In this document: positions 10,628 through 19,997 of the stretch, in pieces
How the letters are laid out: every line of letters begins with the position of its first letter
How positions within the stretch are numbered: the stretch's first letter is position 1
Assembly: GCA_002328405.1 (NCBI GenBank)
Contig: DCXM01000006.1
Span: forward strand, 595,407 to 659,406
DNA length: 64,000 nt
Direction: 5' to 3'
From: Proteobacteria bacterium UBA2136
GTDB taxonomy: Bacteria > Pseudomonadota > Alphaproteobacteria > UBA2136
Notes under the pieces: generated by a model
Told to the model about the DNA's origin: nothing
The model's database searches: none
The model's input: the letters and a program-made list of their open reading frames with translations, nothing else
Program-made: the position numbers and the translations under genes

Positions 10628-10960
10628 TTGAAATTAAAGCATTTTACAGGTTTTTTTGCGCTTGTTGTGTTGACTGGTTGCAGTGCTTTTTACCCCGAAA
10701 CTTGGTTTAAAGGGGAAGAAAACGCCCACAGCCCGTGGCATGGCTTTATTTATGTGATGGAGAGCCGCAATGTCGAAACCCGTCACTATTTAGGGCCATT
10801 TGTCACCTTGACGGGATGCATGCAGCATTTGCAAGTGCAAACAAAAATGAGTGGTTACGCTTACTACTGCGGTTTTAACTGCGGTCAGGACTTAAGCAAC
10901 CCCAGCAAGCCTCTAAAGTGTGAAAAAGTTATGGGCAGCCCGCTTGAGGCGCTCGAATAA
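10628..10960 (+). CDS. Cys-containing hypothetical lipoprotein between sucC and sucD
   Basis: TTG start 1 nt after the sucC stop; lipobox LTGC; C...CGFNC...C. Confidence 0.65.
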   Translation: MKLKHFTGFFALVVLTGCSAFYPETWFKGEENAHSPWHGFIYVMESRNVETRHYLGPFVTLTGCMQHLQVQTKMSGYAYYCGFNCGQDLSNPSKPLKCEKVMGSPLEALE

Positions 10961-10975
10961 AAAAGGAAATAAAAA

Positions 10976-11857
10976 ATGTCTATTTTTATTAACAAAGATA
11001 CAAAAGTGATTTGCCAAGGTTTTACTGGTAAAAACGGTACGTTCCACAGTGAACAGGCACTGGCTTACGGCACAAACATGGTTGGCGGTGTAACCCCTGG
11101 TAAAGGTGGTGAAGAACATTTAGGCCTCCCTGTGTTTGACACAGTGGCCGAAGCGGTGGAAAAAACAGGTGCCACAGCAACAGTTATTTATGTACCACCC
11201 CCATTTGCAGCGGACGCTATTTTAGAAGCGGCTGACGCTGGCATTTCATTGGCGATTTGCATCACAGAAGGGATTCCCGTGGCGGACATGATCCGTGTGA
11301 AAGAACGTTTGCAAAAGGCGGACTGTCGCATGCGTTTGGTGGGCCCTAACTGCCCAGGCGTCATTACGCCAGATGAGTGCAAAATTGGTATTATGCCAGG
11401 CCACATCCACAAAAAAGGCAGCATCGGTATTGTTTCCCGCTCTGGTACTTTGACATACGAAGCTGTTGGCCAAACAACAGCAGAAGGTTTGGGTCAAAGC
11501 ACTTGTGTCGGCATTGGTGGGGACCCTGTAAATGGGACCAACTTCATTCAAGTGCTCAGCGCTTTTGAAAATGACCCTGAAACCGACGCCATCATCATGA
11601 TTGGTGAAATTGGCGGTACCGCAGAAGAGGAAGCTGCTGAGTTTATTTCAACCAGCGTAACCAAGCCTGTGGTGGCCTTTATTGCGGGTACAACAGCGCC
11701 AAAAGGCAAACGCATGGGCCATGCAGGTGCCATTGTAAGCGGTGGCCAAGGCACAGCGGAAAGTAAAATTGAAGCATTGACCAAGGCGGGCGTGACCATG
11801 GCGCCAACACCGGGCGAATTGGGCAAAACAATGAAAGCCGTTTTAGAAGGCAAGTAA
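10976..11857 (+). CDS. sucD: Succinyl-CoA synthetase alpha subunit
   Basis: [34 protein letters not shown]. Confidence 0.97.
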   Translation: MSIFINKDTKVICQGFTGKNGTFHSEQALAYGTNMVGGVTPGKGGEEHLGLPVFDTVAEAVEKTGATATVIYVPPPFAADAILEAADAGISLAICITEGIPVADMIRVKERLQKADCRMRLVGPNCPGVITPDECKIGIMPGHIHKKGSIGIVSRSGTLTYEAVGQTTAEGLGQSTCVGIGGDPVNGTNFIQVLSAFENDPETDAIIMIGEIGGTAEEEAAEFISTSVTKPVVAFIAGTTAPKGKRMGHAGAIVSGGQGTAESKIEALTKAGVTMAPTPGELGKTMKAVLEGK

Positions 11858-11870
11858 TGCACAAGCTATA

Positions 11871-11899
11871 AAAAAACCCGCCAGACTGGCGGGTTTTTT
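11871..11899. terminator. Bidirectional rho-independent terminator
   Basis: AAAAAACCCGCCAG-A-CTGGCGGGTTTTTT. Confidence 0.85.
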
Positions 11900-11931
11900 G
11901 TCTTTAAGGTGCTTGTTCGGTTGTTTGACCG

Positions 11932-13047
11932 TTATCGGGACATATCGTCACCAAGGTCAATTTGGTCATCTAGGTTGTTGGCGTTGAATATTAAGCTATT
12001 ATCATCAGGGCTTTGGCTCATTTTAATTTTGTTTGGATCAATGCCAAACTTTTCAGCAACCAAGTGAATTTTACGGGCAAAATCCACAGGGTCATCAAAG
12101 GTGTGTTCTGCACTAAGAGGTTTTTGTTCCGTCATATCTTTGCCGTAATTTTTTTGATAACGTTCAACCTTGGACAATGCATCTATCTTGCCCTTTGCAA
12201 GTTCTTTTTGGTAAACGTATTCCGTATCACTTAGGTCTTGCGCATCTAGCTTTTCTGTGACTTGTTGTAAATATTCTTGCTTTAAAGTGTCTATACGCTC
12301 TTGCAGGTCGGCCAGCTCTTCGCCTTCTAAATGGGAAATATCCCCTAAGTGAGATTCTAGGAACGATTGTGCATCAGCGACGGCTTGATTTGCAGATTGC
12401 TCTGAAAATTCAGAATGCGCATGATATATTTTGGAAAAATCTTCGCCTAAACTGTCGTACATTGGTTGCTGCTGAACAGTTTTGGGTAGACCGTCTAAAT
12501 GTTGGGCGTATTCCTCCGTCATCACCAGCTCTGCCATCTCTTGTAAGTGCTGAACTTGCCAGAGACCTAATATTTTGTCCTCTCTAAAATATTTAGAGCA
12601 ATAGTTATTTTCACCCACCAGTTCAGGGTCAATCCCGCCGGTCATTTCCATGCTTTTTTCACAGGCGCGGTAATCTTTTGCCATTTGGTGTACCACAGCT
12701 TTTCTGTCTTCGAGTGACAGCTCTCTTACATCATCTTTGTTCATGTTGTGGATGATGTTTTGCTTCAGCTCTCGGGCCAGTTCTTCAAACAAGTCTTTTT
12801 GGGTGGGGCTTGTGTTAATTTCAGGATTGTCTTTGTCTAAATTGAAGTTTGCACCAACTTCTGCGCCTTGTTGTGCCGGGCTTGATGTGTCTATATCCAC
12901 AGTTTGACTTGTGGTATCTGGCGCGTCAATGCTTTGGGTGTTTTCGAGTTCATTTTGCTTCATGGAGGAAAGCCCCACAACGGCCGTTGCGCTGACTGCA
13001 ATCCCCGTTGCCCATTTTTTAAATTTGTTCATATCGCTTTCACCCAC
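11932..13047 (-). CDS. Acidic helical hypothetical protein with N-terminal hydrophobic segment (likely start 13032)
   Basis: Long ORF; MNKFKKWATGIAVSATAVVGL. Confidence 0.75.
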   Translation of the reverse strand: MGESDMNKFKKWATGIAVSATAVVGLSSMKQNELENTQSIDAPDTTSQTVDIDTSSPAQQGAEVGANFNLDKDNPEINTSPTQKDLFEELARELKQNIIHNMNKDDVRELSLEDRKAVVHQMAKDYRACEKSMEMTGGIDPELVGENNYCSKYFREDKILGLWQVQHLQEMAELVMTEEYAQHLDGLPKTVQQQPMYDSLGEDFSKIYHAHSEFSEQSANQAVADAQSFLESHLGDISHLEGEELADLQERIDTLKQEYLQQVTEKLDAQDLSDTEYVYQKELAKGKIDALSKVERYQKNYGKDMTEQKPLSAEHTFDDPVDFARKIHLVAEKFGIDPNKIKMSQSPDDNSLIFNANNLDDQIDLGDDMSR

Positions 13048-13052
13048 TTAAA

Positions 13053-13931
13053 TTATCTGTTTGGGCCACCAAAAGGTGACCTGAATTTGTTTTCACTGCG
13101 CATTTGACTGTCCACACGGTCCATCTCCACCTCGGCTTCAAAGACAGGCTCATAACTTTGAATGAAGCCGTCAATCACCTTATCACGGACGTTTTGCTCC
13201 AAGGAGGCATAGACGGCTAAGCCGCCCACATCTTCAACCGTAATGTTGTTCACAATCACAGTGCCCGAAATGTCTTCACCGTTTAAGGACTGTTCGAATA
13301 AGTTTTGAAACTGTGCATTTTCGCCTTGCAAGGAGGAGGGGACATGCTCACTGTGTTTGTACTGGTAATGTTCATCATCACCGTAAAGGTTTTGCAGCTC
13401 GGCTTTGCGGTCTTGCAACATGTTGAGTTTATCTTGCCCTTCAAGGTCGGGGTTTTTCATTTCAGTTCTAAGTAAGGTTATCATGCGGTTGTCGTGCTGT
13501 TCTTGGATGGCTTCATAAGCGGTGACAATGTGGCCTGCTTGGGTTTCGTTTATGTTGCTTGGTTCATAATTTAACAAGCTTTCAATTTCATTGTCTTGAA
13601 GGCCATGCTCAGCCACAAATGCTTGGTAAACTTCTGCTTTGGATTGAGCGCTGTTTAAAAGCTCAGTTTCTATGTTTTGACTGGCGGCGTAGCTTTGTAT
13701 GTCCACAGCTTGAAAATGAGGGGTTTCCGCCCCAAACGATTTGCCGGATGAGAGTCCGGCTGCAAATGTGACACCTAACATGCCGGTTCGGCTGTGTTTA
13801 AAGCCATCTGCAATTTTTGTTAACAATCCTTTTTTGGACACGTCTAACCCTCTTGAATTTTTGCTGTAATCCTTTATGATGTTGTTTGATAATAAAAACT
13901 GACAAAGCGCGCCCACGCTTGTTTGCCCCAT
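13053..13931 (-). CDS. Acidic hypothetical protein (likely GTG start 13841)
   Basis: Long ORF; hydrophobic GMLGVTFAAGLS near the N-terminus. Confidence 0.7.
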   Translation of the reverse strand: MGQTSVGALCQFLLSNNIIKDYSKNSRGLDVSKKGLLTKIADGFKHSRTGMLGVTFAAGLSSGKSFGAETPHFQAVDIQSYAASQNIETELLNSAQSKAEVYQAFVAEHGLQDNEIESLLNYEPSNINETQAGHIVTAYEAIQEQHDNRMITLLRTEMKNPDLEGQDKLNMLQDRKAELQNLYGDDEHYQYKHSEHVPSSLQGENAQFQNLFEQSLNGEDISGTVIVNNITVEDVGGLAVYASLEQNVRDKVIDGFIQSYEPVFEAEVEMDRVDSQMRSENKFRSPFGGPNR

Positions 13932-13944
13932 AGAAAGTGTTATT

Positions 13945-14976
13945 TTGAAATTTAAATTTTTGTTGTTGGTTTGCGCCTGTGTGATGCATGCTCATGCTGT
14001 TTTTGCGAATGAGAACGAACCCACCTTTGAGGAAAAGATTCCGCAAGAACTGAAAGAGAAGCGTGAACGTTTCTTCACAGCGATTTTTGAAAATGACCTG
14101 TTTGCAGGGCAGGACGCCAATTACACCAATGGTGTTTTGTTCACCTATTATGACACGGACTTTGATGTGCCGCACTCGGTGCGAGAATTTGTGGATTTTT
14201 CAAAATTTTTCCACATTGACGAGCTGACATCTGTGGCTTATTCGCTTGGCCATAATCTTTACACGCCAAAAGATATCACCCTTAAAACGCCTGACCCGAA
14301 GGACAGACCATACGCCGCATTTTTATACGGCACCATTGGCCTTTCCACCATTTCGGGTGATCATATCAACAACTTGGACTTGACACTTGGATTGGTTGGT
14401 CCGTCCGCTTTGGGAGAGCCAATTCAAGAAGAGGTGCACAGCTTTGTGGACACCCGTGACCCTGCGGGTTGGGACCATCAGCTTAAAGATGAGCCGGCTT
14501 TGATGTTGTCCTACCAGCGTCGCTGGCCAGAAAAATATGCCGGTAACATTGGGCCGTTTTACTTTAGAACAGCGCCTTATTGGGGGGCCACTTTGGGCAA
14601 TGTTTACACATACGGTGCCTTGGGTTCCACCTTCCAGCTGACCCCTCAAAAGTACAAATGGCAGGCCATGCCCCTTCGGGTGAAGCCGTCTATTCCAGGG
14701 ACGGGCTACTTTAACGTGCCAGATCATGCCTTTGCATGGTCCGCTTTTGCAGGGTTTGAAGGCCGTGCTGTGGCACGCAATTTGTTTTTAGACGGTAATT
14801 CTTACCAAGATAGCCCATCGGTGAGTAAAAAAACCTACGTCGGCGATGCCAATGTGGGCTTAAGCCTGATTTTTGGACGTGTGCGCACATCATTCACCAT
14901 CAACTGGCGTAGCCGAGAGTTTGATGGCGGCGCCTCCGCCACCTTCGGCGCACTTTCGGTAGGTTATCGTTTGTAG
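13945..14976 (+). CDS. Lipid A deacylase LpxR family (DUF2219) outer-membrane protein
   Basis: FENDLF..D..YTNG, YTPKDI, DRPYAA, GWDHQL, RNLFLDGN; beta-barrel C-terminus. Confidence 0.88.
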   Translation: MKFKFLLLVCACVMHAHAVFANENEPTFEEKIPQELKEKRERFFTAIFENDLFAGQDANYTNGVLFTYYDTDFDVPHSVREFVDFSKFFHIDELTSVAYSLGHNLYTPKDITLKTPDPKDRPYAAFLYGTIGLSTISGDHINNLDLTLGLVGPSALGEPIQEEVHSFVDTRDPAGWDHQLKDEPALMLSYQRRWPEKYAGNIGPFYFRTAPYWGATLGNVYTYGALGSTFQLTPQKYKWQAMPLRVKPSIPGTGYFNVPDHAFAWSAFAGFEGRAVARNLFLDGNSYQDSPSVSKKTYVGDANVGLSLIFGRVRTSFTINWRSREFDGGASATFGALSVGYRL

Positions 14977-14992
14977 GGGGGTATTGTGAGTT

Positions 14993-15607
14993 TTATGCTC
15001 CACGCTCAAGGGAATTAACTCGAAGGTATTTACCAAACTTGTCAGGTATGCCACATTCTTTTAAAAGTTCCCATAAATCTTGAACTTTATCAGATGCTGT
15101 TTTTAACTTTTCGCTTCGGTCAGTTTTATCCATGTTAATGGCGTTACCTTCATGATCGTACGCATATGTATATGCAATCCAAGACTGTTCAGCAATTTTA
15201 ACAACAGATTCAACAAATCCATGAAGCTCCTCAGGTAGCTCTATTTTTGAAGACTGATTAACTTCCCAAAATTGAAACATGGATTCATTTTTTACGACCC
15301 CAGATGCGATTGCTGTTTCAATTGCTTTTAATAATTTTACGTAATTATCTTTAACAATCTGCCTTTCATGAGCTTCAAGCTTTTGTTTTGAACTCTCTTG
15401 AGTGGCTTTTGCAATGTTGTTTGCTTTAAAAGCTACCCAAAATAAGGCTAGTCCAATAATTAAATTAACTAATACATCTAATAAAGTTATTAGATTGGAA
15501 TGGTCTTTAGAGCATGTATTTATAGTGCGATCAAAATAAAACATGCCAATGATTATAATGAGACATGCAGCTGTAACTACCAGCGAAGTTTTGTAAATTG
15601 ACAGCAT
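14993..15607 (-). CDS. AT-rich hypothetical membrane protein (two N-terminal TM segments)
   Basis: AGGAG RBS; hydrophobic segments; composition differs from core genes. Confidence 0.7.
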   Translation of the reverse strand: MLSIYKTSLVVTAACLIIIIGMFYFDRTINTCSKDHSNLITLLDVLVNLIIGLALFWVAFKANNIAKATQESSKQKLEAHERQIVKDNYVKLLKAIETAIASGVVKNESMFQFWEVNQSSKIELPEELHGFVESVVKIAEQSWIAYTYAYDHEGNAINMDKTDRSEKLKTASDKVQDLWELLKECGIPDKFGKYLRVNSLERGA

Positions 15608-15759
15608 ACGCGCTCTCCTCTTTTATTTGCGGAAATATAATTTAAATTCTACCCTCAAAATATAAGGGTGGTGCTGTCTATTAAAATCTCACAAAGTGTC
15701 GATAAATAAAAAACATTGAAAACAAAAGAAAAAAGACGCCAACTTGAATTTAGTTAGAC

Positions 15760-15883
15760 GGTGGTAGGAGTGGTATTAAACTTATAAACTGTTGATAATA
15801 AATATATTTAAAACTTCACCAAAAGAGATATACCCGCAAAAGTTACCGCAAAAGTACTGGATGTAGATGGACGGCCTAGGACT
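15760..15883. repeat. Distal attachment site: core, IHF consensus and arm-type repeats
   Basis: Core 15760-15769; TATCAACAGTTTA (WATCAANNNNTTR) on the minus strand at 15785-15797; TACCCGCAAAAGTTACCGCA and 10-bp-spaced GGA at 15831-15883. Confidence 0.7.
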
Positions 15884-15934
15884 AAAAATAGAATATAATG
15901 AGAATACCACTCTCATTAATCTAGCTCAATAATA

Positions 15935-17188
15935 TTATTTCACCACCAACAGCTGTGCCCAATCACTCGTATAAGCAGGGCTTTGGTGTTTACATAGATT
16001 GCGCCATTTACCGTTGGGGTTAGATGTACCGAAGCGGAGCGTGTGCTTGCCCATGGTGCTATTCAGCTTATCCATAGCCGTCATTAAGCTTTCGCTGCGC
16101 TTATTATCAACAACGCTGAACAAGTCCGCCTGATGCGCGCTTTTATGCTGAATGTCATGCAAGCAAATACCCGCCTTTTTGAAGCCAACGCCTTGTTTGA
16201 ATATCTCATCTACGCCTTTCATCGCCTGCTTAGTCAGAACGCCTGTATCGCTTGTGGCGTTATCTAAAGTGATGAGCGTTGAATTGGCGTAATACTTACC
16301 TTTAAAGGGGCTAGAGCTTGCGTAAACGGTTATTGCACGTGCCTCAGTGCCTTCACTTCGCAACTTCTCCGCACCAGTAGCCACGAAGGTAGAAACAGCT
16401 TCTTTCAGCGTTTTTAAATCCTTCACAGGTTCACCAAAGGAACGGGAACTGATAATCTGCTTGCGGTGATCGGGTTCTTCACCAAAGGCATAACAAGGTG
16501 TGCCTTGTAGCTCTAAAACCGTTTTTTGTGTCACCACACTAGTGAGTTCACGAATATGTGCTGGGTCACATTCAGATAACTTCCACGCTGTGTTTAAACC
16601 CATATACGTAAACCGCTCAGACAACTTCCTACCTACACCCCAAACATCACCCACATCCATGCGCTGAAGCACAGAACGACGCGCCTGCAAGCTGTTCATC
16701 AAATAAACACCTTCCGCCTCTTCATACTTTTTCGCCACAGATGCCGCCGCTTTAGCCAGCGTTTTGGTTGGTGCAATGCCGATAGACACGGGAATACCCG
16801 TCCACTTCTTCACACGTTTACGGATACGTTGGCACAAAGGCTTTAGCTCATGCTCAGGGATACCTGAAAGGTCGAGGAAGGCTTCATCTACGGAGTAAAC
16901 TTCTATCGCAGGTGACATCTCACGTAGAACGGACATCACACGTTGGCTCATATCCCCATAAAAGGACAAGTTACCGCTGATGCATTCCACCCGGTGCTTT
17001 TTAACGATATCTTGAATTTTAAAGACAGGTGCACCCATTTTAATACCAAGCGCTTTTGCTTCATTCGAACGTGCTACAGCACAGCCATCATTAGAAGACA
17101 GCACAATCACAGGGCGGTTATTCAAACTTGGCCTAAACACCCGCTCACAAGATACAAAGAAGTTGTTACAGTCTACGAGGGCGTACAT
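15935..17188 (-). CDS. umuC: Y-family DNA polymerase V catalytic subunit
   Basis: ALVDCNNFFVSCE, LSSNDGC, YSVDEAF, TKTLAK, C-terminal SPAYTSDW (DUF4113-like). Confidence 0.93.
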   Translation of the reverse strand: MYALVDCNNFFVSCERVFRPSLNNRPVIVLSSNDGCAVARSNEAKALGIKMGAPVFKIQDIVKKHRVECISGNLSFYGDMSQRVMSVLREMSPAIEVYSVDEAFLDLSGIPEHELKPLCQRIRKRVKKWTGIPVSIGIAPTKTLAKAAASVAKKYEEAEGVYLMNSLQARRSVLQRMDVGDVWGVGRKLSERFTYMGLNTAWKLSECDPAHIRELTSVVTQKTVLELQGTPCYAFGEEPDHRKQIISSRSFGEPVKDLKTLKEAVSTFVATGAEKLRSEGTEARAITVYASSSPFKGKYYANSTLITLDNATSDTGVLTKQAMKGVDEIFKQGVGFKKAGICLHDIQHKSAHQADLFSVVDNKRSESLMTAMDKLNSTMGKHTLRFGTSNPNGKWRNLCKHQSPAYTSDWAQLLVVK

Positions 17189-18117
17189 TACTTGTTCGTT
17201 ATATGAGTGTAAACAGCTTTAAGACACCTACCAAAATCGTTTAAAAGCCCTCCACCTTCACCTGTTAAGTCTAATAATGTAGGTGCTTTTATTAATTCGG
17301 ATTGAATTAAAGCTGATATCGCTAATATAACGGTTAACCAGAGCATTCCACCCGCAACCCGTTTTGAGTCTTTATGACGTACAATTCCACGATTATATTC
17401 ATCAAGAGTCTTAATAGCACTCCTCCCTATTTTATAATAGATGGAGTCACCCTTATCTAAATCACCTTCTGCAACAAGTGAGTCTAAGCACAATTTCAAC
17501 ATACTTTGAAACTCTTCAGCATCTTTTCTATATCTAAAGGATCTACCGTAGATGCTTATTGCTATATCATAAATACTGAATTGAAAACTATCACGGAAAG
17601 AAAACGTATTTTTCCCATCGTGCTTAACTTTTAAGTTCACAGCATGCTCTAGTACTTTCATCCTAGCATCGGTTTTATCCATTTTAGAAAAGTAAGATGC
17701 AAAGCGAGTTATGTTACTTTTGTGCCTGTAATAGGCCCAGACTTTAAAGGTATCCCATTTAGTCCAACCCTCAAAAACCCATTGCCAATAACTGTTATAT
17801 TTTAAATCGTACTGACCGTAAAAATGGGTGATTTCCATCGAGGATATTCCCTTTATAGAAACCTCTTTTGGGGTGTCATATACTGTACCTGCCTCTGCAC
17901 GTACTCGAACGGATAGCTTCTTTGTGTTTTTATTGTAAGACTCAAATAAGGCATCCTCATTCACATCTAGCTCTTTGTGGCCTATAAACAGTATATGGCA
18001 ATTTACAGCTTTAGCTACTTCGCCAGAACGAGGGATGTTTGATTCGGAAGGTCTTTGTCTTTCTAGAAATTCAAGGTTTCTCTCTAAAAACTTTTCATTC
18101 AATTTTTTTAAACACAT
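17188..18117 (-). CDS. Hypothetical protein with C-terminal TM helix, inserted between umuD and umuC
   Basis: 309 aa; TAATG overlap with umuC; GGMLWLTVILAISALI hydrophobic segment. Confidence 0.8.
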   Translation of the reverse strand: MCLKKLNEKFLERNLEFLERQRPSESNIPRSGEVAKAVNCHILFIGHKELDVNEDALFESYNKNTKKLSVRVRAEAGTVYDTPKEVSIKGISSMEITHFYGQYDLKYNSYWQWVFEGWTKWDTFKVWAYYRHKSNITRFASYFSKMDKTDARMKVLEHAVNLKVKHDGKNTFSFRDSFQFSIYDIAISIYGRSFRYRKDAEEFQSMLKLCLDSLVAEGDLDKGDSIYYKIGRSAIKTLDEYNRGIVRHKDSKRVAGGMLWLTVILAISALIQSELIKAPTLLDLTGEGGGLLNDFGRCLKAVYTHITNK

Positions 18118-18122
18118 ATCTC

Positions 18123-18644
18123 TTAAACCCCCTTAATTATATTCGTAACAACACCCCAAGTGTCGAGCTCTTCACCGTCGCTTAGGACGATATCTTCAAA
18201 GTCGTCATTTTCAGCTATCAGCGTTACTTTATCACCGAAGCGTTGGTATCGTTTCACTGTCAAATCACCATTCACCACAGCGATGATGATTTTACCGTTT
18301 TTTACATCTAAGCTTCTATCCACCACCAGCAAATCACCTTCGTCTATCCCAGCGTTCAGCATAGACTTACCCGCCGCACGCACAAAGAAAGTGGCTGATG
18401 GCGTTTTGATAAGATGCTCGTTAAGGTCTAGTTTTCTATCCACATGGTCAGTCACACCAAAAGGAGTACCCGCTGAAACCGTCCCTTCATAAAGAGGGAT
18501 ACTGTACTGCGCACCAGATGTTAGGAAAGCCTTTACATCTTCCGCCTTATCTTCAGGCACACGCATAACCTTGGTAGCCTTACCGTAAGCGCCTGTTCCC
18601 TTTGGGCGACCTGCACCCTGCCTTTTTCCACCATGATTTTTCAT
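18123..18644 (-). CDS. umuD: UmuD/LexA-family S24 peptidase with basic N-terminal extension
   Basis: VSAG cleavage site, TFFVRAAGKSM, TVKR; N-terminal HGGKRQGAGRPKG. Confidence 0.9.
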   Translation of the reverse strand: MKNHGGKRQGAGRPKGTGAYGKATKVMRVPEDKAEDVKAFLTSGAQYSIPLYEGTVSAGTPFGVTDHVDRKLDLNEHLIKTPSATFFVRAAGKSMLNAGIDEGDLLVVDRSLDVKNGKIIIAVVNGDLTVKRYQRFGDKVTLIAENDDFEDIVLSDGEELDTWGVVTNIIKGV

Positions 18645-18646
18645 AA

Positions 18647-18680
18647 CTTGATTATTGTTACAAATAATAAGGGTTGTCAA
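18647..18680 (-). promoter_or_regulatory. Sigma70-like promoter with overlapping imperfect palindrome upstream of umuD
   Basis: TTGACA at 18680-18675; palindrome CTTGATTATTGTTACAAATAATAAG at 18647-18671. Confidence 0.55.
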
Positions 18681-18701
18681 GACCTGGTATGACGGTATTT
18701 C

Positions 18702-19997
18702 TTAATAATCTTTAAAATGTTCATAATTTGAAAAATCAAATCCAGATTCCAGCTCTAAAACTTGCTTTATAATTCCCTTACGATCATCACTAAATCTATA
18801 TCGAGCATAGATTTGAGAGTTTCTTTCAACACCTTCCATAATAACCTTAAAGTCATCTATATTAAATATATGTCGATAATTGATAAAACCAAAGAATCTA
18901 TCATCAGCATTATTAAATGAGTGACTATGTATATAATAATTAATCAAAAAGTCTTTAAATAAAATACCCCCTTCACCAGAGTCAGAAAGTGTGAATAACT
19001 TTTTCAAACAACCTTCTGTTACAGACACTTCTTCTTTTATAACCCATTCACTAATACATCTATAGTGTTGTTCTATACTTCCATTTTCAAACCACATTAA
19101 ACATTTAACATCAGAATTAATACTCGATAAAGCTCTAAGATTCACCTTCACATCACAATCTAAATGTGTATAGAAACTCACATCTGTATTGAACAAAAAG
19201 CTAACAAGGCTCACTAATGGATCACCTGAATCTGCTACTTTGCTAAAGTAACCTTTATCGGACGCAACTAAATCTTTAAATGTTTTTGAGTTTTGTTGAT
19301 AAAGAAGCTCTAACGCTGTTCTGTTGATATTTCTATTCTCATCCGCTTTATCATTCACTACCTTAAAGGTCATCTTCCAAAGGTCTTTGAACAGTTTTTC
19401 TTGGGTTGACGTATTAGTAATTTTGAAATACCTAGCATTTAAGTAAGACTTCAATTCTTTAATATCCCCAAGTTTATCTTTATTTTGAGATAAATCTTCC
19501 ATTAAATCTGATGATATATTCCTTGCTAGATAGGGAGGCACTGTAAGCAAGACATCTAATGCATTTCTGATGTGAGATCTTACTGTGTCTTTGTTCGGCC
19601 TATGTAAATCAGATTGAGAGTCAATCACGGGGTGAGCTGACAAGTGTCTGTCCTCTTGAATTCGCTCAAGGTATTTTACATTTACATTATCAATTAACTG
19701 CGTTTGAGTTGAAACTTTTTTAAGCAGCTCCAACTCCCATTTAGGGTCTTTTGTATTACTTGCCTGCATGTTCTTTATATCTTTTAAAATTTTTTCAGCG
19801 GTTTTATCACCTTTCAAGTCACGCAGATGTTCAAGTTTAAACAATAGATCACAAACAATAACCGTCCAAAGCATAACTACGGAAGACCTATAATTCCCTC
19901 CATTATAATTAGATAACACTTCGTTAAAATAGTCTTTGGTTTTACTATCATATATATTAGTTGCTCTGGTAGATATAGAGTATTCATCGAGTATCAT
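18702..19997 (-). CDS. HEPN-motif protein (putative RNase/abortive-infection effector)
   Basis: N-terminal FNEVLSNYNGGNYRSSVVMLW and Rx4H motif RHLSAH; ATGA overlap with hsdR. Confidence 0.7.
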   Translation of the reverse strand: MILDEYSISTRATNIYDSKTKDYFNEVLSNYNGGNYRSSVVMLWTVIVCDLLFKLEHLRDLKGDKTAEKILKDIKNMQASNTKDPKWELELLKKVSTQTQLIDNVNVKYLERIQEDRHLSAHPVIDSQSDLHRPNKDTVRSHIRNALDVLLTVPPYLARNISSDLMEDLSQNKDKLGDIKELKSYLNARYFKITNTSTQEKLFKDLWKMTFKVVNDKADENRNINRTALELLYQQNSKTFKDLVASDKGYFSKVADSGDPLVSLVSFLFNTDVSFYTHLDCDVKVNLRALSSINSDVKCLMWFENGSIEQHYRCISEWVIKEEVSVTEGCLKKLFTLSDSGEGGILFKDFLINYYIHSHSFNNADDRFFGFINYRHIFNIDDFKVIMEGVERNSQIYARYRFSDDRKGIIKQVLELESGFDFSNYEHFKDY

